Origin: Eubacteriales bacterium
GTDB lineage: Bacteria; Bacillota; Clostridia; Oscillospirales; CAG-272
Assembly (NCBI GenBank): GCA_045659245.1
Contig: JAZOWN010000015.1
Location: forward strand, 4,618-68,617
Reading direction: 5' to 3'
DNA length: 64,000 nucleotides
Shown here: positions 38,815-48,784 of the stretch, one piece after another
How positions within the stretch are numbered: position 1 is the stretch's first letter
Layout: each line of letters opens with the position of its first letter
Position numbers and translations under genes: made by a program
The notes under the pieces: generated by a model
Database searches by the model: none
What the model was told of the DNA's origin: nothing
The model's input: the letters and a program-made list of their open reading frames with translations, nothing else

Positions 38815-40633
38815 GAACGGCGGAATATCTGTCGATCGAGAGCATATATTTCCGATAATCAAGAAGTGGCTTTATTCCGAGAAGGATATATTTCTTCGCG
38901 AAATAGTTTCAAACGCGACGGACGCGATAACCAAGCTTCGCAGACTCGAATCCTTGGGTGTGCGCGAGGCGACGGACGAGAGCTACCGCATAACAGTCAC
39001 CGTTGACTCGGAGGCGGGAACGCTTACTGTCGAGGATAACGGAATAGGCATGACCGAGGAGGAGCTTACCAAGTATATCTGCAATATAGCTCTTTCGGGC
39101 GCAGTTGAATTTATTGAAAAATACGAAAACGAGTCCGACGGCGCAAAGAACGGCATTATCGGACACTTCGGATTGGGCTTCTATTCGTCCTTTATGGTAA
39201 GTGATAAGGTGGAGGTGATCACCAAGTCGTATACTGATACGGACTCAGTTCGTTGGATATGCAACGAAAATGGCGAGTACGAGATGGAATTGGCAGATAA
39301 GGCAGAGCACGGAACGGCTGTGGTTATGCATATAGCAGAGGAGGAGAGGGAATATCTTTCCGTTTCCAAGATCCGCGCTATGCTTGAAAAGTACTGCGCA
39401 TTTATGCCCGAGGACATATACCTTGTTGACGCTTCGGCAGAGGTAAAGGACGGAGAAGAAAAGGCGGCAGAGCCCGTCAACGAAAAGCTTCCGCTCTGGC
39501 AAAAGACCCCGTCGGAGTGCGAAAAAGAGGAATATTCCGACTTTTACAGAAAGGTGTTTAGCGACTATCGCGAGCCGCTTTTCCATATTCATATCAATGC
39601 GGACTACCCCCTCAATTTCAAGGGAATACTTTATTTCCCCAAGCTTGCTAACGAGTACGAAACCATAGAGGGACAGGTAAAGCTTTACTATAATCAGGTA
39701 TACGTTGCGGACAATATAAAGGAAGTAATTCCCGAGTACCTGCTCATGCTCAAGGGCGTGCTTGATTGCCCAGAGCTTCCGCTCAACGTGTCGAGAAGCT
39801 ATTTGCAGACAAATACCTACGTCTCAAAGGTCTCCGCGCATATTGTCAAAAAGGTTGCAGATAAGCTTACCTCGCTTTGCAATAACGAAAGAGATGAGTA
39901 CGCGAAAATTTGGTCGGATATAAGTCCTTTCATAAAATATGCTTGCATGCGCGACAAAAAGTTCTACGACAGAACTAAAAAGGCGCTTCTTCTGACGCTT
40001 ACGGGCGGCGACGCAAAGAGCTTTGACGAGTATCTCGAGTCGGCTAAGGAGAAGCATGAGAATACGGTCTATTACGCTACCGACAAGGCGCTTCAGGCGC
40101 AGTATATTTCCATGTTTGAGGCAGAGGGCATTGAGGTCGCACTCTTTGAGCACCCGATAGATACGCAGTTTGCCACCTTGCTCGAGTCGTACATGGAAAA
40201 CGTTAAATTCGTTCGCGTAGACTCTGACGTTGCCGACGTTATCAAGGGCGAGGGAACGGTAGAGGAAAATGAGGCGCTCAAGACGGTGCTTTCCGAGGTG
40301 GTCGGAGAAAAGGTGACCCTTAAGTTCGATAACCTTAAAAATGAGAGTATTCCCGCAATTCTCAACGTTTCCGAGGAGTCCAGAAGAATGGAAGAAATGA
40401 TGAGAATGTACAACATGGGTGACATGTCGGGAATGACGGAAAGCACATTCGTTCTCAATACCGCATCTCCTATGTATGAGAAGCTTTGCACGGCGGCAGA
40501 AACTGACCCCGAAAAGGCGAAGCTTACGGCATCGTATCTTTATAAGCTCTCATTGCTTTCGCAGAAGAAATTTTCTGCCGAGGAAATGCAGGAGTTTATG
40601 AAGGACAGCTTCGATATTCTTATGAAGCTTTAA
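38798..40633 (+). CDS. htpG: Molecular chaperone HtpG (Hsp90)
   Basis: GHKL ATPase motifs (EIVSNATDAITKLR, DNGIGMT, GHFGLGFYS). ATG at 38798 follows a GGAGGA RBS. Confidence 0.92.
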   Translation: MENNRKNGGISVDREHIFPIIKKWLYSEKDIFLREIVSNATDAITKLRRLESLGVREATDESYRITVTVDSEAGTLTVEDNGIGMTEEELTKYICNIALSGAVEFIEKYENESDGAKNGIIGHFGLGFYSSFMVSDKVEVITKSYTDTDSVRWICNENGEYEMELADKAEHGTAVVMHIAEEEREYLSVSKIRAMLEKYCAFMPEDIYLVDASAEVKDGEEKAAEPVNEKLPLWQKTPSECEKEEYSDFYRKVFSDYREPLFHIHINADYPLNFKGILYFPKLANEYETIEGQVKLYYNQVYVADNIKEVIPEYLLMLKGVLDCPELPLNVSRSYLQTNTYVSKVSAHIVKKVADKLTSLCNNERDEYAKIWSDISPFIKYACMRDKKFYDRTKKALLLTLTGGDAKSFDEYLESAKEKHENTVYYATDKALQAQYISMFEAEGIEVALFEHPIDTQFATLLESYMENVKFVRVDSDVADVIKGEGTVEENEALKTVLSEVVGEKVTLKFDNLKNESIPAILNVSEESRRMEEMMRMYNMGDMSGMTESTFVLNTASPMYEKLCTAAETDPEKAKLTASYLYKLSLLSQKKFSAEEMQEFMKDSFDILMKL

Positions 40634-40641
40634 TTGGTGTT

Positions 40642-41511
40642 ATGGAGAAGCATCATAATAAAGCCGATGTATTGGGTGAAAATATTCACCTGCTACACAA
40701 CAGACTCAACTCCACAAAAAAGCAAATGGGTGTGTCCGTAGAAATGCTCGCAGAGCATCTTATCGAACAGTATTCCGATTTTGGTGTTGACGGCATCTAT
40801 TCGCGCTTTTGCGAGCTTTGTCAGGAACCTGATGCAAAAAACAAGGCGCGTGTCTGTCGGGTTATGTGCGAGGATTCTCGACTTAAAGAGTCCATTAAAC
40901 TTAAAAATCTCTATCTGAGCGGAGAGGCGTCAGATGGGAAAACACGCGATAAGATAGCCTACGTACGAAACAGAAGAAGTGACGATGCTTTTCTATCCTT
41001 TTCTAACACTAAAAAAGGAGCAAAGGCTATGTACGTCGGCAGCTTTTTGGAGGCTTGCGAGGCGGTTTTTGATAATGTGTGCGAGTTTTGCATATTGCCT
41101 ATTGAAAACAAGAGGGAGGGGAAGCTTTATTCCTTCTACTCGATGATAGATAGATACGAGCTCAAAATATGCGACGTTACCTTGTGTGAAACGGACGACG
41201 ACTCGGACGGCATTACCTTTGCTCTTGTAGGTCGCACAGTCGAGGCAGGGAATGAGTCACAGCGAATAAAAAGATTTGAATTCTCGCTTATTGATGAGAA
41301 TTCAGAGTTGTTTGGTGATATTTTGCTCGCTTCAAAAGAACTTGGCGGCAGGGTGACGTCTGTGGGAACACAGCCCGTGGCTTACGACGAGCTTAAACGC
41401 AATTACTATTTTTCAATAGATTTTGAGGGCTCGGGTGCGGACGCATTGGCGCTTTACATCAACGAGGAATATTCAAAATATACCCCCTTGGGGCTTTACG
41501 TAATTAAATGA
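40642..41511 (+). CDS. Degenerate prephenate-dehydratase/ACT-like domain protein
   Basis: KIAYVRN ... CEFCILPIENKREGKLYS resembles the PDT N-lobe, and the C-terminal YYFSIDFEG ... PLGLY resembles the ACT end of PheA. The central PDT part is missing. Confidence 0.4.
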   Translation: MEKHHNKADVLGENIHLLHNRLNSTKKQMGVSVEMLAEHLIEQYSDFGVDGIYSRFCELCQEPDAKNKARVCRVMCEDSRLKESIKLKNLYLSGEASDGKTRDKIAYVRNRRSDDAFLSFSNTKKGAKAMYVGSFLEACEAVFDNVCEFCILPIENKREGKLYSFYSMIDRYELKICDVTLCETDDDSDGITFALVGRTVEAGNESQRIKRFEFSLIDENSELFGDILLASKELGGRVTSVGTQPVAYDELKRNYYFSIDFEGSGADALALYINEEYSKYTPLGLYVIK

Positions 41512-41542
41512 TCGGATATTAAGATATTAACAGGAGTAAAAA

Positions 41543-41797
41543 ATGGAGAAGATAACCTACACGCCAAACGGCGTTTGCTCAAGACGCATGGAAATAGAGG
41601 TAGAGGACGGAAAAATAACGGCTGTGAAAATAGTCGGAGGTTGCGCGGGAAATACGCAGGGAGTATCGAGATTGCTCGTCGGTATGGACGTGGACGAGGC
41701 AATTGAGCGCCTCTCGGGAATACGCTGTGGCTTTAAGCCCACCTCTTGCCCCGACCAGCTCGCAAAGGCACTTGGCGAATATAAAGCAAAGCATTGA
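41543..41797 (+). CDS. TSCPD-domain small protein (TIGR03905-like)
   Basis: 84 aa with GGCAGNTQG and GIRCGFKPTSCPDQLA. Confidence 0.6.
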   Translation: MEKITYTPNGVCSRRMEIEVEDGKITAVKIVGGCAGNTQGVSRLLVGMDVDEAIERLSGIRCGFKPTSCPDQLAKALGEYKAKH

Positions 41798-41800
41798 TCA

Positions 41801-41848
41801 GCACAAAAAACGCTCTCGGCAGAGAATTCCGAGAGCGTTTTTTGTGCT
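41801..41848 (+). terminator. Intrinsic terminator
   Basis: 9-bp stem cgctctcgg/ccgagagcg, extended by A/T runs. Confidence 0.85.
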
Positions 41849-41942
41849 AAGTTGTGGGTAATATGACCATAATGTAGGAAATTTTAGGCAAAAATAGTGC
41901 AATCATACAAAATTGATAAAATTTCGTCAAACCCCTTGTATA

Positions 41943-41971
41943 TTTACAAAAAATGAGTTAAAATATATAAT
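41943..41971 (+). promoter_or_regulatory. Putative promoter of gap
   Basis: TTTACA, a 17-nt spacer, then TATAAT, ~60 nt before the ATG. Confidence 0.55.
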
Positions 41972-42030
41972 TGATAAACGCTGTTTTATAAAAGCAGTAA
42001 AAAATTATATTTAACGGAGGATATTTTATC

Positions 42031-43047
42031 ATGTCAGTTAAAGTTGCTATTAACGGCTTTGGCCGTATCGGACGTCTTGCATTCAGACAGATGTTCGGCG
42101 CAGAGGGATACGAGGTAGTTGCAATCAACGACCTTACCGATCCTAAGATGCTCGCTCACCTTCTCAAGTACGACACTGCACAGGGCAAGTACGCTCTCGC
42201 AGATACCGTTGAGGCTGGAGAGGACAGCATCACTGTTGATGGAAAGACCATCAAGATCTATTCTGAAAAGGACGCTGCTAACTGCCCTTGGGGTGAGCTT
42301 GGCGTAGACGTTGTTCTCGAGTGCACCGGTTTCTACTGCTCCACCGAGAAGTCTATGGCTCACATCAACGCAGGCGCAAAGAAGGTTGTTATTTCTGCTC
42401 CCGCAGGAAAGGACCTCAAGACCATCGTTTACAGCGTAAACGAGAAGACTCTTACTGCAGATGACAAGATCATCTCTGCAGCATCCTGCACCACCAACTG
42501 CCTTGCTCCCATGGCAAAGGCACTCAATGAGTACGCTCCTATCCAGAGCGGTATCATGACCACTGTTCACGCTTACACCGGCGACCAGATGATCCTCGAC
42601 GGTCCTCACAGAAAGGGTGACCTCCGCCGTGCACGTGCAGGCGCACAGAACATCGTTCCTAACTCCACCGGCGCTGCAAAGGCTATCGGCCTTGTTATCC
42701 CCGAGCTCAACGGCAAGCTTATCGGTTCTGCACAGAGAGTTCCTACCTGCACCGGTTCTACGACTATCCTCGTAGCTGTTGTTAAGGGTACTGACGTAAC
42801 TGTTGACGGTATCAACGCTGCAATGAAGGCTGCTGCATCCGAGTCCTTCGGATACAACACCGACGAGATCGTATCCTCCGACGTTATCGGTATGCGTTAC
42901 GGCTCTCTCTTCGATGCAACTCAGACCATGGTTGCAAAGATCGACGACGATACCTACCAGGTACAGGTTGTTTCTTGGTACGACAACGAGAACTCCTACA
43001 CCAGCCAGATGGTTCGCACCATTAAGTACTTCGCAGAGCTCAACTAA
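42031..43047 (+). CDS. gap: Type I glyceraldehyde-3-phosphate dehydrogenase
   Basis: NGFGRIGR Rossmann motif, active site SCTTNCLAP, and WYDNE near the C-terminus. Confidence 0.95.
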   Translation: MSVKVAINGFGRIGRLAFRQMFGAEGYEVVAINDLTDPKMLAHLLKYDTAQGKYALADTVEAGEDSITVDGKTIKIYSEKDAANCPWGELGVDVVLECTGFYCSTEKSMAHINAGAKKVVISAPAGKDLKTIVYSVNEKTLTADDKIISAASCTTNCLAPMAKALNEYAPIQSGIMTTVHAYTGDQMILDGPHRKGDLRRARAGAQNIVPNSTGAAKAIGLVIPELNGKLIGSAQRVPTCTGSTTILVAVVKGTDVTVDGINAAMKAAASESFGYNTDEIVSSDVIGMRYGSLFDATQTMVAKIDDDTYQVQVVSWYDNENSYTSQMVRTIKYFAELN

Positions 43048-43067
43048 TTTAAAATTGAGTTCAGCTA

Positions 43068-43101
43068 AAAAAGAGCAAGGCTTCAAGCCTTGCTCTTTTT
43101 G
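43068..43101 (+). terminator. Intrinsic terminator of gap
   Basis: 10-bp stem gagcaaggct/agccttgctc followed by T5. Confidence 0.9.
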
Positions 43102-43310
43102 TATTCTGAAAAACCTGTCATAGTTGCGGGGTTAAGTAGAGACTATGGCGATAAAAAAATAAATACCGAATAAAGTCAAATATTAGTAGAGGTGGCGTGC
43201 GTAAACTCCGCTACGCTCCGTGCAAGAATGTTCCATTCTTGCCGACGACCAAAGAAAATCAAGATCATATGAAAATTAAATTTTGCAGATTAAAGCTATT
43301 GTAACAATAA

Positions 43311-43448
43311 GCCTTCCCCAGCGGGGGAAGGGGGACCGCGATAGCGGTGGATGAGGTGTCTATTTGAGAAAGGACATTTTTTACACCTCATCCGTCATTG
43401 ACTCGCATGAGCGGCTCGTCAATGCCACCTTCCCCCACTGGGGAAGGC
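43311..43448. repeat. Inverted pair of GC-rich palindromic modules (REP/MITE-like)
   Basis: Arm 1 is 43311-43359 and arm 2 is 43383-43448. They share acacctcatcc and ccttccccc(g/a)ctggggaagg in opposite orientation, and each end module is itself a hairpin. Confidence 0.7.
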
Positions 43449-43527
43449 TAACTCTGACGGAGCTCGGTACAAAATCCAAGGATATTCACCCCCCGAAAGA
43501 TAATATAGTATAAAAACCTATGATTAG

Positions 43528-43568
43528 AAAAAGCACGAGGGATTTTTAACAATTCTTCGTGCTTTTTA
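43528..43568. terminator. Bidirectional terminator-like hairpin
   Basis: Stem agcacgagg/ttcttcgtgct (8 of 9 paired) flanked by A4 and T5. Confidence 0.6.
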
Positions 43569-43627
43569 TATCTATAAGCGATGAATTTCCAAACTGTACT
43601 TAAGAATACAATTTGAGCCTTGCTTTT

Positions 43628-43894
43628 TTAAACCGAGGGAATAAGCTCGCCCTCAACCAATACGCGGGGCTCGCCCTTCTTAGGAAATTCGATAACTGCG
43701 GCTTCCTCGCCGAGTCTGAACACCTGGCTCGTTCCGCGCAGTGAAAAGGGTTTAACGCTGATGTCGTATTCGTCGCCGTCAATGCCTATGAGCGCCTTGC
43801 CCGTAATAAAGGAGCAGCTCAGTGTGACGGTGTGCTCGATAGGCTCAGCGTTCTCTTGAGGCTCATTTATCTTCCAAGTATATTTTTTTGCCAT
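43628..43894 (-). CDS. Hypothetical small protein (88 aa)
   Basis: ORF lying 32 nt downstream of the PHP gene on the same strand. The family was not recognised. Confidence 0.4.
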   Translation of the reverse strand: MAKKYTWKINEPQENAEPIEHTVTLSCSFITGKALIGIDGDEYDISVKPFSLRGTSQVFRLGEEAAVIEFPKKGEPRVLVEGELIPSV

Positions 43895-43926
43895 GATTTT
43901 TTCCTTTCTCGCTTATTAAAGACTTA

Positions 43927-44637
43927 TTAAAGATAGGGAATTACGATGTGTCCCGTAAGGTCAAAGATCACGTCGCGCGATTTCAGCGCCTCTGCTATGT
44001 CGTAGGAATCAAGCATTGGCTTTTTAGTTCTCATAAGGCAGGTCGCTTGTCTGCCTGCCTCGTGAAAATCACTTCCGCCGCTTACGATAAGGTCGTGCTT
44101 CTTCGCGAATTTTGTGGCAAGTCCTATTTGCGAATTGTGTCCCGGGTGCGTGTTAAAGGTTTCTATTCCGTCAACAGAGCCAATAGGTGTGTGATCCATA
44201 TTTGAACGCAACGGATGAGCGTGAAGAATGACGTTCTTGTCGTTCTTAAACTCTCGGTAGAAGGTTGAAATATCAGTGCTTAAAAGCTCTATTATGCGAG
44301 TCATGTCATCGGGAGATACGCCGTAAACGAGGTAGTCGTTGTTAGAGTCCGCGAAGCGAATCTCAATACCAAGCGCAACGTTCATGCCGTATTTTTGCGC
44401 CGCCTCTTTGGCTTGGTAGTAGTCGTTGAGGTAATATTCCGACAACTCGTCAGCGGTTCTTTTAATTAGGTAGTTGGGTGTAATATGGTTTGTAAGCGTG
44501 ATCGTATTACAGCCTTCAGCCGAGTAAATTTCTACGACCTCTTTGGGAGTGAATTTGCCACAACCGCTTACGGGAAGCGAGTGTGCGTGAAGCTCGGTTT
44601 TGTATTTGTAGATTTCAGTTATCTGTTTAAAATCCAT
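43927..44637 (-). CDS. PHP-domain metal-dependent phosphoesterase
   Basis: The N-terminal ELHAHS motif and later His/Asp ligand motifs (HAHP, GGSDFHE). Confidence 0.65.
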   Translation of the reverse strand: MDFKQITEIYKYKTELHAHSLPVSGCGKFTPKEVVEIYSAEGCNTITLTNHITPNYLIKRTADELSEYYLNDYYQAKEAAQKYGMNVALGIEIRFADSNNDYLVYGVSPDDMTRIIELLSTDISTFYREFKNDKNVILHAHPLRSNMDHTPIGSVDGIETFNTHPGHNSQIGLATKFAKKHDLIVSGGSDFHEAGRQATCLMRTKKPMLDSYDIAEALKSRDVIFDLTGHIVIPYL

Positions 44638-44662
44638 TTTTATCCTTTCCTATGAGTGATTG

Positions 44663-45316
44663 TTAAGCGTCTTTTTCTTCCTTATCAAAATATATTTTAA
44701 TGGGTTCATCAGGAGAATAAGAGCATACCGAAACGGCGACCTTCTTATCGTCGATAGTTACTGTCAGCTGGGAGAGATATACGGGAACGTCACCGCTTGT
44801 TTCCTTTGCGGAAATAAGGGCGGAAAGTCCCTTGCCGTCAAGCTTTGCGCGAGCTTCCTTTGCCGTCCACGTTGCGAAAAACGCGTCAGCCGTCTTGCCG
44901 CAAAGCTCAAAACGGAGCTTTTCCTCGGACGTAAAGAAGCGGTCGGCGATTTGCTCACGATTGTGTTTTTCGTTAATTATTTCAATGTCAAGCCCGATCT
45001 CCGTGTGTGATGCATCAGCTATTGCCGCCGCGCAAATACCCTCTGAGTGCGAAATGCTGAAAGCACAGGTATTGGGGGCATCAAAATAAGGCTTGCCAGA
45101 GGTTGTACGTGCAACGGCGATAGGTAAGGGCAGGGCGAGATTTTCACAAAGCCTTGCGAGCGCCGTAAGACCGCCGAGCGATTCCCATTTGTGATTTGAA
45201 TTTTCTATTGCAGATAGGCGCATGCGCTCTGCTTCACCAAACGGAAGTGAGGCGACAAGCGAGTCAAAATCGTTCGCTTTAAGCCGTTTTATCGGAAGAA
45301 AATAAATATTTATCAT
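44663..45316 (-). CDS. 4'-phosphopantetheinyl transferase (Sfp type)
   Basis: Motifs FSISHSEG, GLDIE and WTAKEARAKLDGKG. The ATG at 45316 (AAGGGA RBS) is preferred over 45334. Confidence 0.75.
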   Translation of the reverse strand: MINIYFLPIKRLKANDFDSLVASLPFGEAERMRLSAIENSNHKWESLGGLTALARLCENLALPLPIAVARTTSGKPYFDAPNTCAFSISHSEGICAAAIADASHTEIGLDIEIINEKHNREQIADRFFTSEEKLRFELCGKTADAFFATWTAKEARAKLDGKGLSALISAKETSGDVPVYLSQLTVTIDDKKVAVSVCSYSPDEPIKIYFDKEEKDA

Positions 45317-45541
45317 AGTATTGTCCCTTTTCATTCGAGGTTTGAAATACCGAGTTAATTATACACCAGATAGGCACTTTTTTCAAGACAAAAGGACAAT
45401 ATTTTTCGTGGAAATAAAAAATATTAACAATTTGTATAATTTTCAAAAAACACCTTGAAAAAATGCGTAAAATATATTATTATATAATTAAATAAATATA
45501 TATAGGGCTTTGTAAGATGCCCGATTTTAAGGAGGATAAAA

Positions 45542-46579
45542 ATGACTTTTGAACATGACGAAAATTGCGAATACGCGGTGAATATTAAGGTCATCGGCGT
45601 GGGCGGCGGTGGAGTAAACGCCGTAAACAGAATGATAAGCACGGGTGTAAAGGGCGTTGAATTTATCGCTATCAACACCGATAAGCAGTCTCTTAAAAAA
45701 TCGGTAGCTCCCAATAAGCTCGTAATAGGCGAGAAGATCACCAACGGATTTGGCGCAGGCTCAAATCCCGAGATCGGTAAGAGAGCGGCAGAGGAAGCTG
45801 TAAACGAGATCAAAAGTCTTTGCAAGGGCGCTGATATGATCTTCATAACCGCAGGTATGGGCGGCGGAACGGGAACAGGCGCATTCCCGGTAGTTGCAAA
45901 GGTAGCGCATGATATGGATATACTTACCGTCGGCGTCGTAACCACTCCCTTCGGATTTGAGGGTAAGCGCCGCATGGATCAGGCTCTTGCGGGAATCGAG
46001 GAGATCAGAGAGTTCGTTGACTCCTTGGTAGTTATTCCCAACGAAAGACTTAAGCTCGTTACCGATACGAGAATCACGCTCGCAAGCGCATTCTCCGAGG
46101 CGGACGACGTGCTTCGCAGAGGTGTTCAGAGCATCTCCGACCTTATCAATATTCCCGGATTTATCAATATCGACTTTGCAGACGTTACATCCGTTATCGC
46201 GAATTCCGGTGTTGCATACATGGGTGTTGGTAGCGCAAAGGGTAAGGATAAGGCACAGATCGCGGCAAATACGGCTATCTCCAGTCCCCTTATCGAAACT
46301 CCTATCAAGGGCGCAAAGGGAATACTTCTCAGCATTTGCGCTTCTCCCGACGTCGGACTTGAGGACGTTGATCTTGCGGCAAACATGATCGCTGATGAGT
46401 GCAATCCCGACGCAAGCATTATCTGGGGCGTTGCGTTTGACCAGAATCTTGAGGACGAGATGCGTATTACGATAATCGCCGCAGGCTTTGATAACGACGG
46501 AGCTGAAGAGCCGACGGCAGCGGAAGCAGCCACACCCGCAACGAGCAGCCTTGACGATATTTTCGGTAACATGATGTAA
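45542..46579 (+). CDS. ftsZ: Cell division protein FtsZ
   Basis: Tubulin signature GGGTGTGA, and the segments [17 protein letters not shown] and NTDKQSL. Confidence 0.95.
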   Translation: MTFEHDENCEYAVNIKVIGVGGGGVNAVNRMISTGVKGVEFIAINTDKQSLKKSVAPNKLVIGEKITNGFGAGSNPEIGKRAAEEAVNEIKSLCKGADMIFITAGMGGGTGTGAFPVVAKVAHDMDILTVGVVTTPFGFEGKRRMDQALAGIEEIREFVDSLVVIPNERLKLVTDTRITLASAFSEADDVLRRGVQSISDLINIPGFINIDFADVTSVIANSGVAYMGVGSAKGKDKAQIAANTAISSPLIETPIKGAKGILLSICASPDVGLEDVDLAANMIADECNPDASIIWGVAFDQNLEDEMRITIIAAGFDNDGAEEPTAAEAATPATSSLDDIFGNMM

Positions 46580-46583
46580 ATAC

Positions 46584-46622
46584 AAAAAACAGCAGGAAAT
46601 CGTTGATTTCCTGCTGTTTTTG
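46584..46622. terminator. Bidirectional intrinsic terminator
   Basis: 11-bp stem cagcaggaaat/atttcctgctg flanked by A6 and T5. Confidence 0.9.
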
Positions 46623-46624
46623 CG

Positions 46625-46942
46625 TTAAAACGTCATATTTTTAATAAACAGCTCCGAAAAATAGGGGCTTGAAGAAAGATCGACGTATTTTATCATGTCG
46701 GTAAAGCGTTCGATGTTTTCACTACCGCAAGCATATTTTACTGTGCCTTGCAGACTGCTGTTGCTTAAAACTACGGCTTTCTGCATAAGCTCGCGTGGCA
46801 AAAGACCGGTGTTTGTCGCATGAGCTATATTTATCTTGGCAGAAAAACCGCCTGAAATATAAATCCTTGATACAACCTCGGAGACTATCTCGGTCGTCTC
46901 GGGCGCTTCGACCTCAACGTCGGAGGTAATAATATATTCCAC
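46625..46942 (-). CDS. Hypothetical protein (105 aa, GTG start)
   Basis: ORF lying 20 nt downstream of the GT39-like gene on the same strand. No recognisable motif. Confidence 0.35.
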   Translation of the reverse strand: MEYIITSDVEVEAPETTEIVSEVVSRIYISGGFSAKINIAHATNTGLLPRELMQKAVVLSNSSLQGTVKYACGSENIERFTDMIKYVDLSSSPYFSELFIKNMTF

Positions 46943-46962
46943 CTTGATACTGTTATATAATC

Positions 46963-48633
46963 TTATTTTTGCGGATACGCTATATAGACCGTAGAGAATT
47001 CGCTTGTGCCGAATTTTTCATAGCTATCTAAAATTTCCGATTGGCTTATGATCTCGTCCATTAGCTCCTCGCCGTCAAATCCATCAGACCAGTACTTGTC
47101 GGTGAGGACGATGTAAACGACACCGTTGGTGCAGTCGACCTGCGATAGGGCGTTGTCCATAGATCCCATTTCGTTATAATTTGCCAGATATACCTCGTCG
47201 CAGGCGAGAATAATATCCATTGAGGCGGTGGGCTGATGATTTACACCGGTGTTGACCAGCATCAGAGGCTTATCCTCACATGCCTGAATGATCTTGCTGT
47301 TTTTCACAGTACGAGACGTGAACAGGTAGCTGCACATGTCCGCCTTTGCAATCGTGGCTGTGTTGATCAAGCAAACTGTAATTAAGGCGAAAATAAGAAC
47401 TCTTTTGTCGAATTTAAGAAATCCTGCCAATAACCAAATGATAAGTCCTAAAATCAAAGCGATCACGGGATAAAGATTATATAAATATCTGATATTCAAA
47501 AACTCCCCCGAGGTGTGAGAAATGGTTACAAAGGCAAGTGCGACTAAAATTGCTAATATCACGCAAGCGAGGGAAATGCACTTTGCCTTTTCGTTGGAGC
47601 TCTCATTGGAATCCGACGTTCGTTTTTTTGCAAACCTCAAAATGACTAATACGAGAGCAGAGATGAGTATTAAAGCGATAACGATCGGATACCAGCTTTT
47701 CGGTTCAATAAACATATATTTGAATAGTGATTTGCCCATGGTTGAGATCGCAGAACCCCATTCGGAGAAATCAAACATGTTGCTTGAAACCTCATTGCCG
47801 ACGTTGTTCGTTTCAGAGCCCAGAATTTGTGAAATTCCCGCAGGGTATATCACAAATACAAATATCACTCCGGACAGCATTGAGCCGGCATAAAGGCTAA
47901 GATGCTTCCAAGCCTTGTGTATCAGCAGAAAAATGCAGGTCGCGGCTGCCAAGAAGAAAGCAAAAATTGCGAAATAGTAATGCGTAAACGTTCCTAAAAA
48001 GGTTAAAACACCACACCAGATAATCGGCGTATACTTGCTTTCCCTTGTTAATAGGCGATAATGTTGCCATAATAACAGCACAGTTAATAACGTCATTAGC
48101 GAATACATGCGAATGAAAACCGTCGTATCAACAAAAGCTCTCATACTGCCGTATAATACTACGGGAACGATACTCCAAAGAGAGCTGCCCGTTATTTCAT
48201 AGCTGAGCTTATAAAGCACTATTTGCGTTAAAACGGCAAATATGATATTCATTATGATTCCTATCCAGGGAGAGGAATCACCGGGGAAGAATGAACATAG
48301 GGTGTGTAACAGAAAATAAAACAGAGGGGGATGAGCGTCCTGCGAGTTGTTTTTATATACCGAAAGGTATGCAAAGCGCTCACCCTCCTCTACCGAAAGA
48401 AGCTTGTGGAAGGCATCTCCGTCTAACCACGTATTCCATAATTCGGTAGCGTTCATAACGCATTCGGCATCATAGCTGTTTGATAGTATATAGCTGTAAT
48501 TTTCATCTATATGCAGTCCCGCCTTTTGCGTGCCAACGTAAACGAGGGATACTATCTGAACTACAAGCACCAGCACCAGAATTAATATGCCACCGTATTT
48601 TTTTAATACGTTTAAAAAGACATTGTTTTTCAT
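46963..48633 (-). CDS. GT39/ArnT-like polytopic glycosyltransferase
   Basis: About 12 TMs. The N-terminal HIDENYSY loop and AHPPLFYFLLH are typical of PMT_2/ArnT-like enzymes. It also has a soluble C-terminal domain. Confidence 0.6.
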   Translation of the reverse strand: MKNNVFLNVLKKYGGILILVLVLVVQIVSLVYVGTQKAGLHIDENYSYILSNSYDAECVMNATELWNTWLDGDAFHKLLSVEEGERFAYLSVYKNNSQDAHPPLFYFLLHTLCSFFPGDSSPWIGIIMNIIFAVLTQIVLYKLSYEITGSSLWSIVPVVLYGSMRAFVDTTVFIRMYSLMTLLTVLLLWQHYRLLTRESKYTPIIWCGVLTFLGTFTHYYFAIFAFFLAAATCIFLLIHKAWKHLSLYAGSMLSGVIFVFVIYPAGISQILGSETNNVGNEVSSNMFDFSEWGSAISTMGKSLFKYMFIEPKSWYPIVIALILISALVLVILRFAKKRTSDSNESSNEKAKCISLACVILAILVALAFVTISHTSGEFLNIRYLYNLYPVIALILGLIIWLLAGFLKFDKRVLIFALITVCLINTATIAKADMCSYLFTSRTVKNSKIIQACEDKPLMLVNTGVNHQPTASMDIILACDEVYLANYNEMGSMDNALSQVDCTNGVVYIVLTDKYWSDGFDGEELMDEIISQSEILDSYEKFGTSEFSTVYIAYPQK

Positions 48634-48683
48634 TTTATAGCTTCCTTGAATGGGGAGATTTGGTAATAAGATAACTTTAAAAT

Positions 48684-48712
48684 ATTATACCACATTGTTT
48701 TTAAAAAGTAAA
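48684..48712 (-). promoter_or_regulatory. Putative promoter of the GT39-like gene
   Basis: On the minus strand: TTTACT, a 17-nt spacer, then TGgTATAAT. Confidence 0.4.
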
Positions 48713-48784
48713 TATAAAAGTATAAATCCCCTTGTTTTGCAGATACTAAATGTGCAAATATGTAAATCAAGGAGATTTTTATAT

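Noticed and set aside
42034-43086. A 350-aa ORF on the minus strand spanning the whole gap gene.
   Set aside because: It is antisense to an unmistakable GAPDH gene. It has no RBS or recognisable motif, and it is a typical shadow ORF of a highly expressed, codon-biased gene.
45761-46585. 274-aa and 148-aa minus-strand ORFs opposite ftsZ, and a 183-aa ORF at 45424-45975.
   Set aside because: These are antisense shadows of ftsZ with low-complexity translations and no start context.
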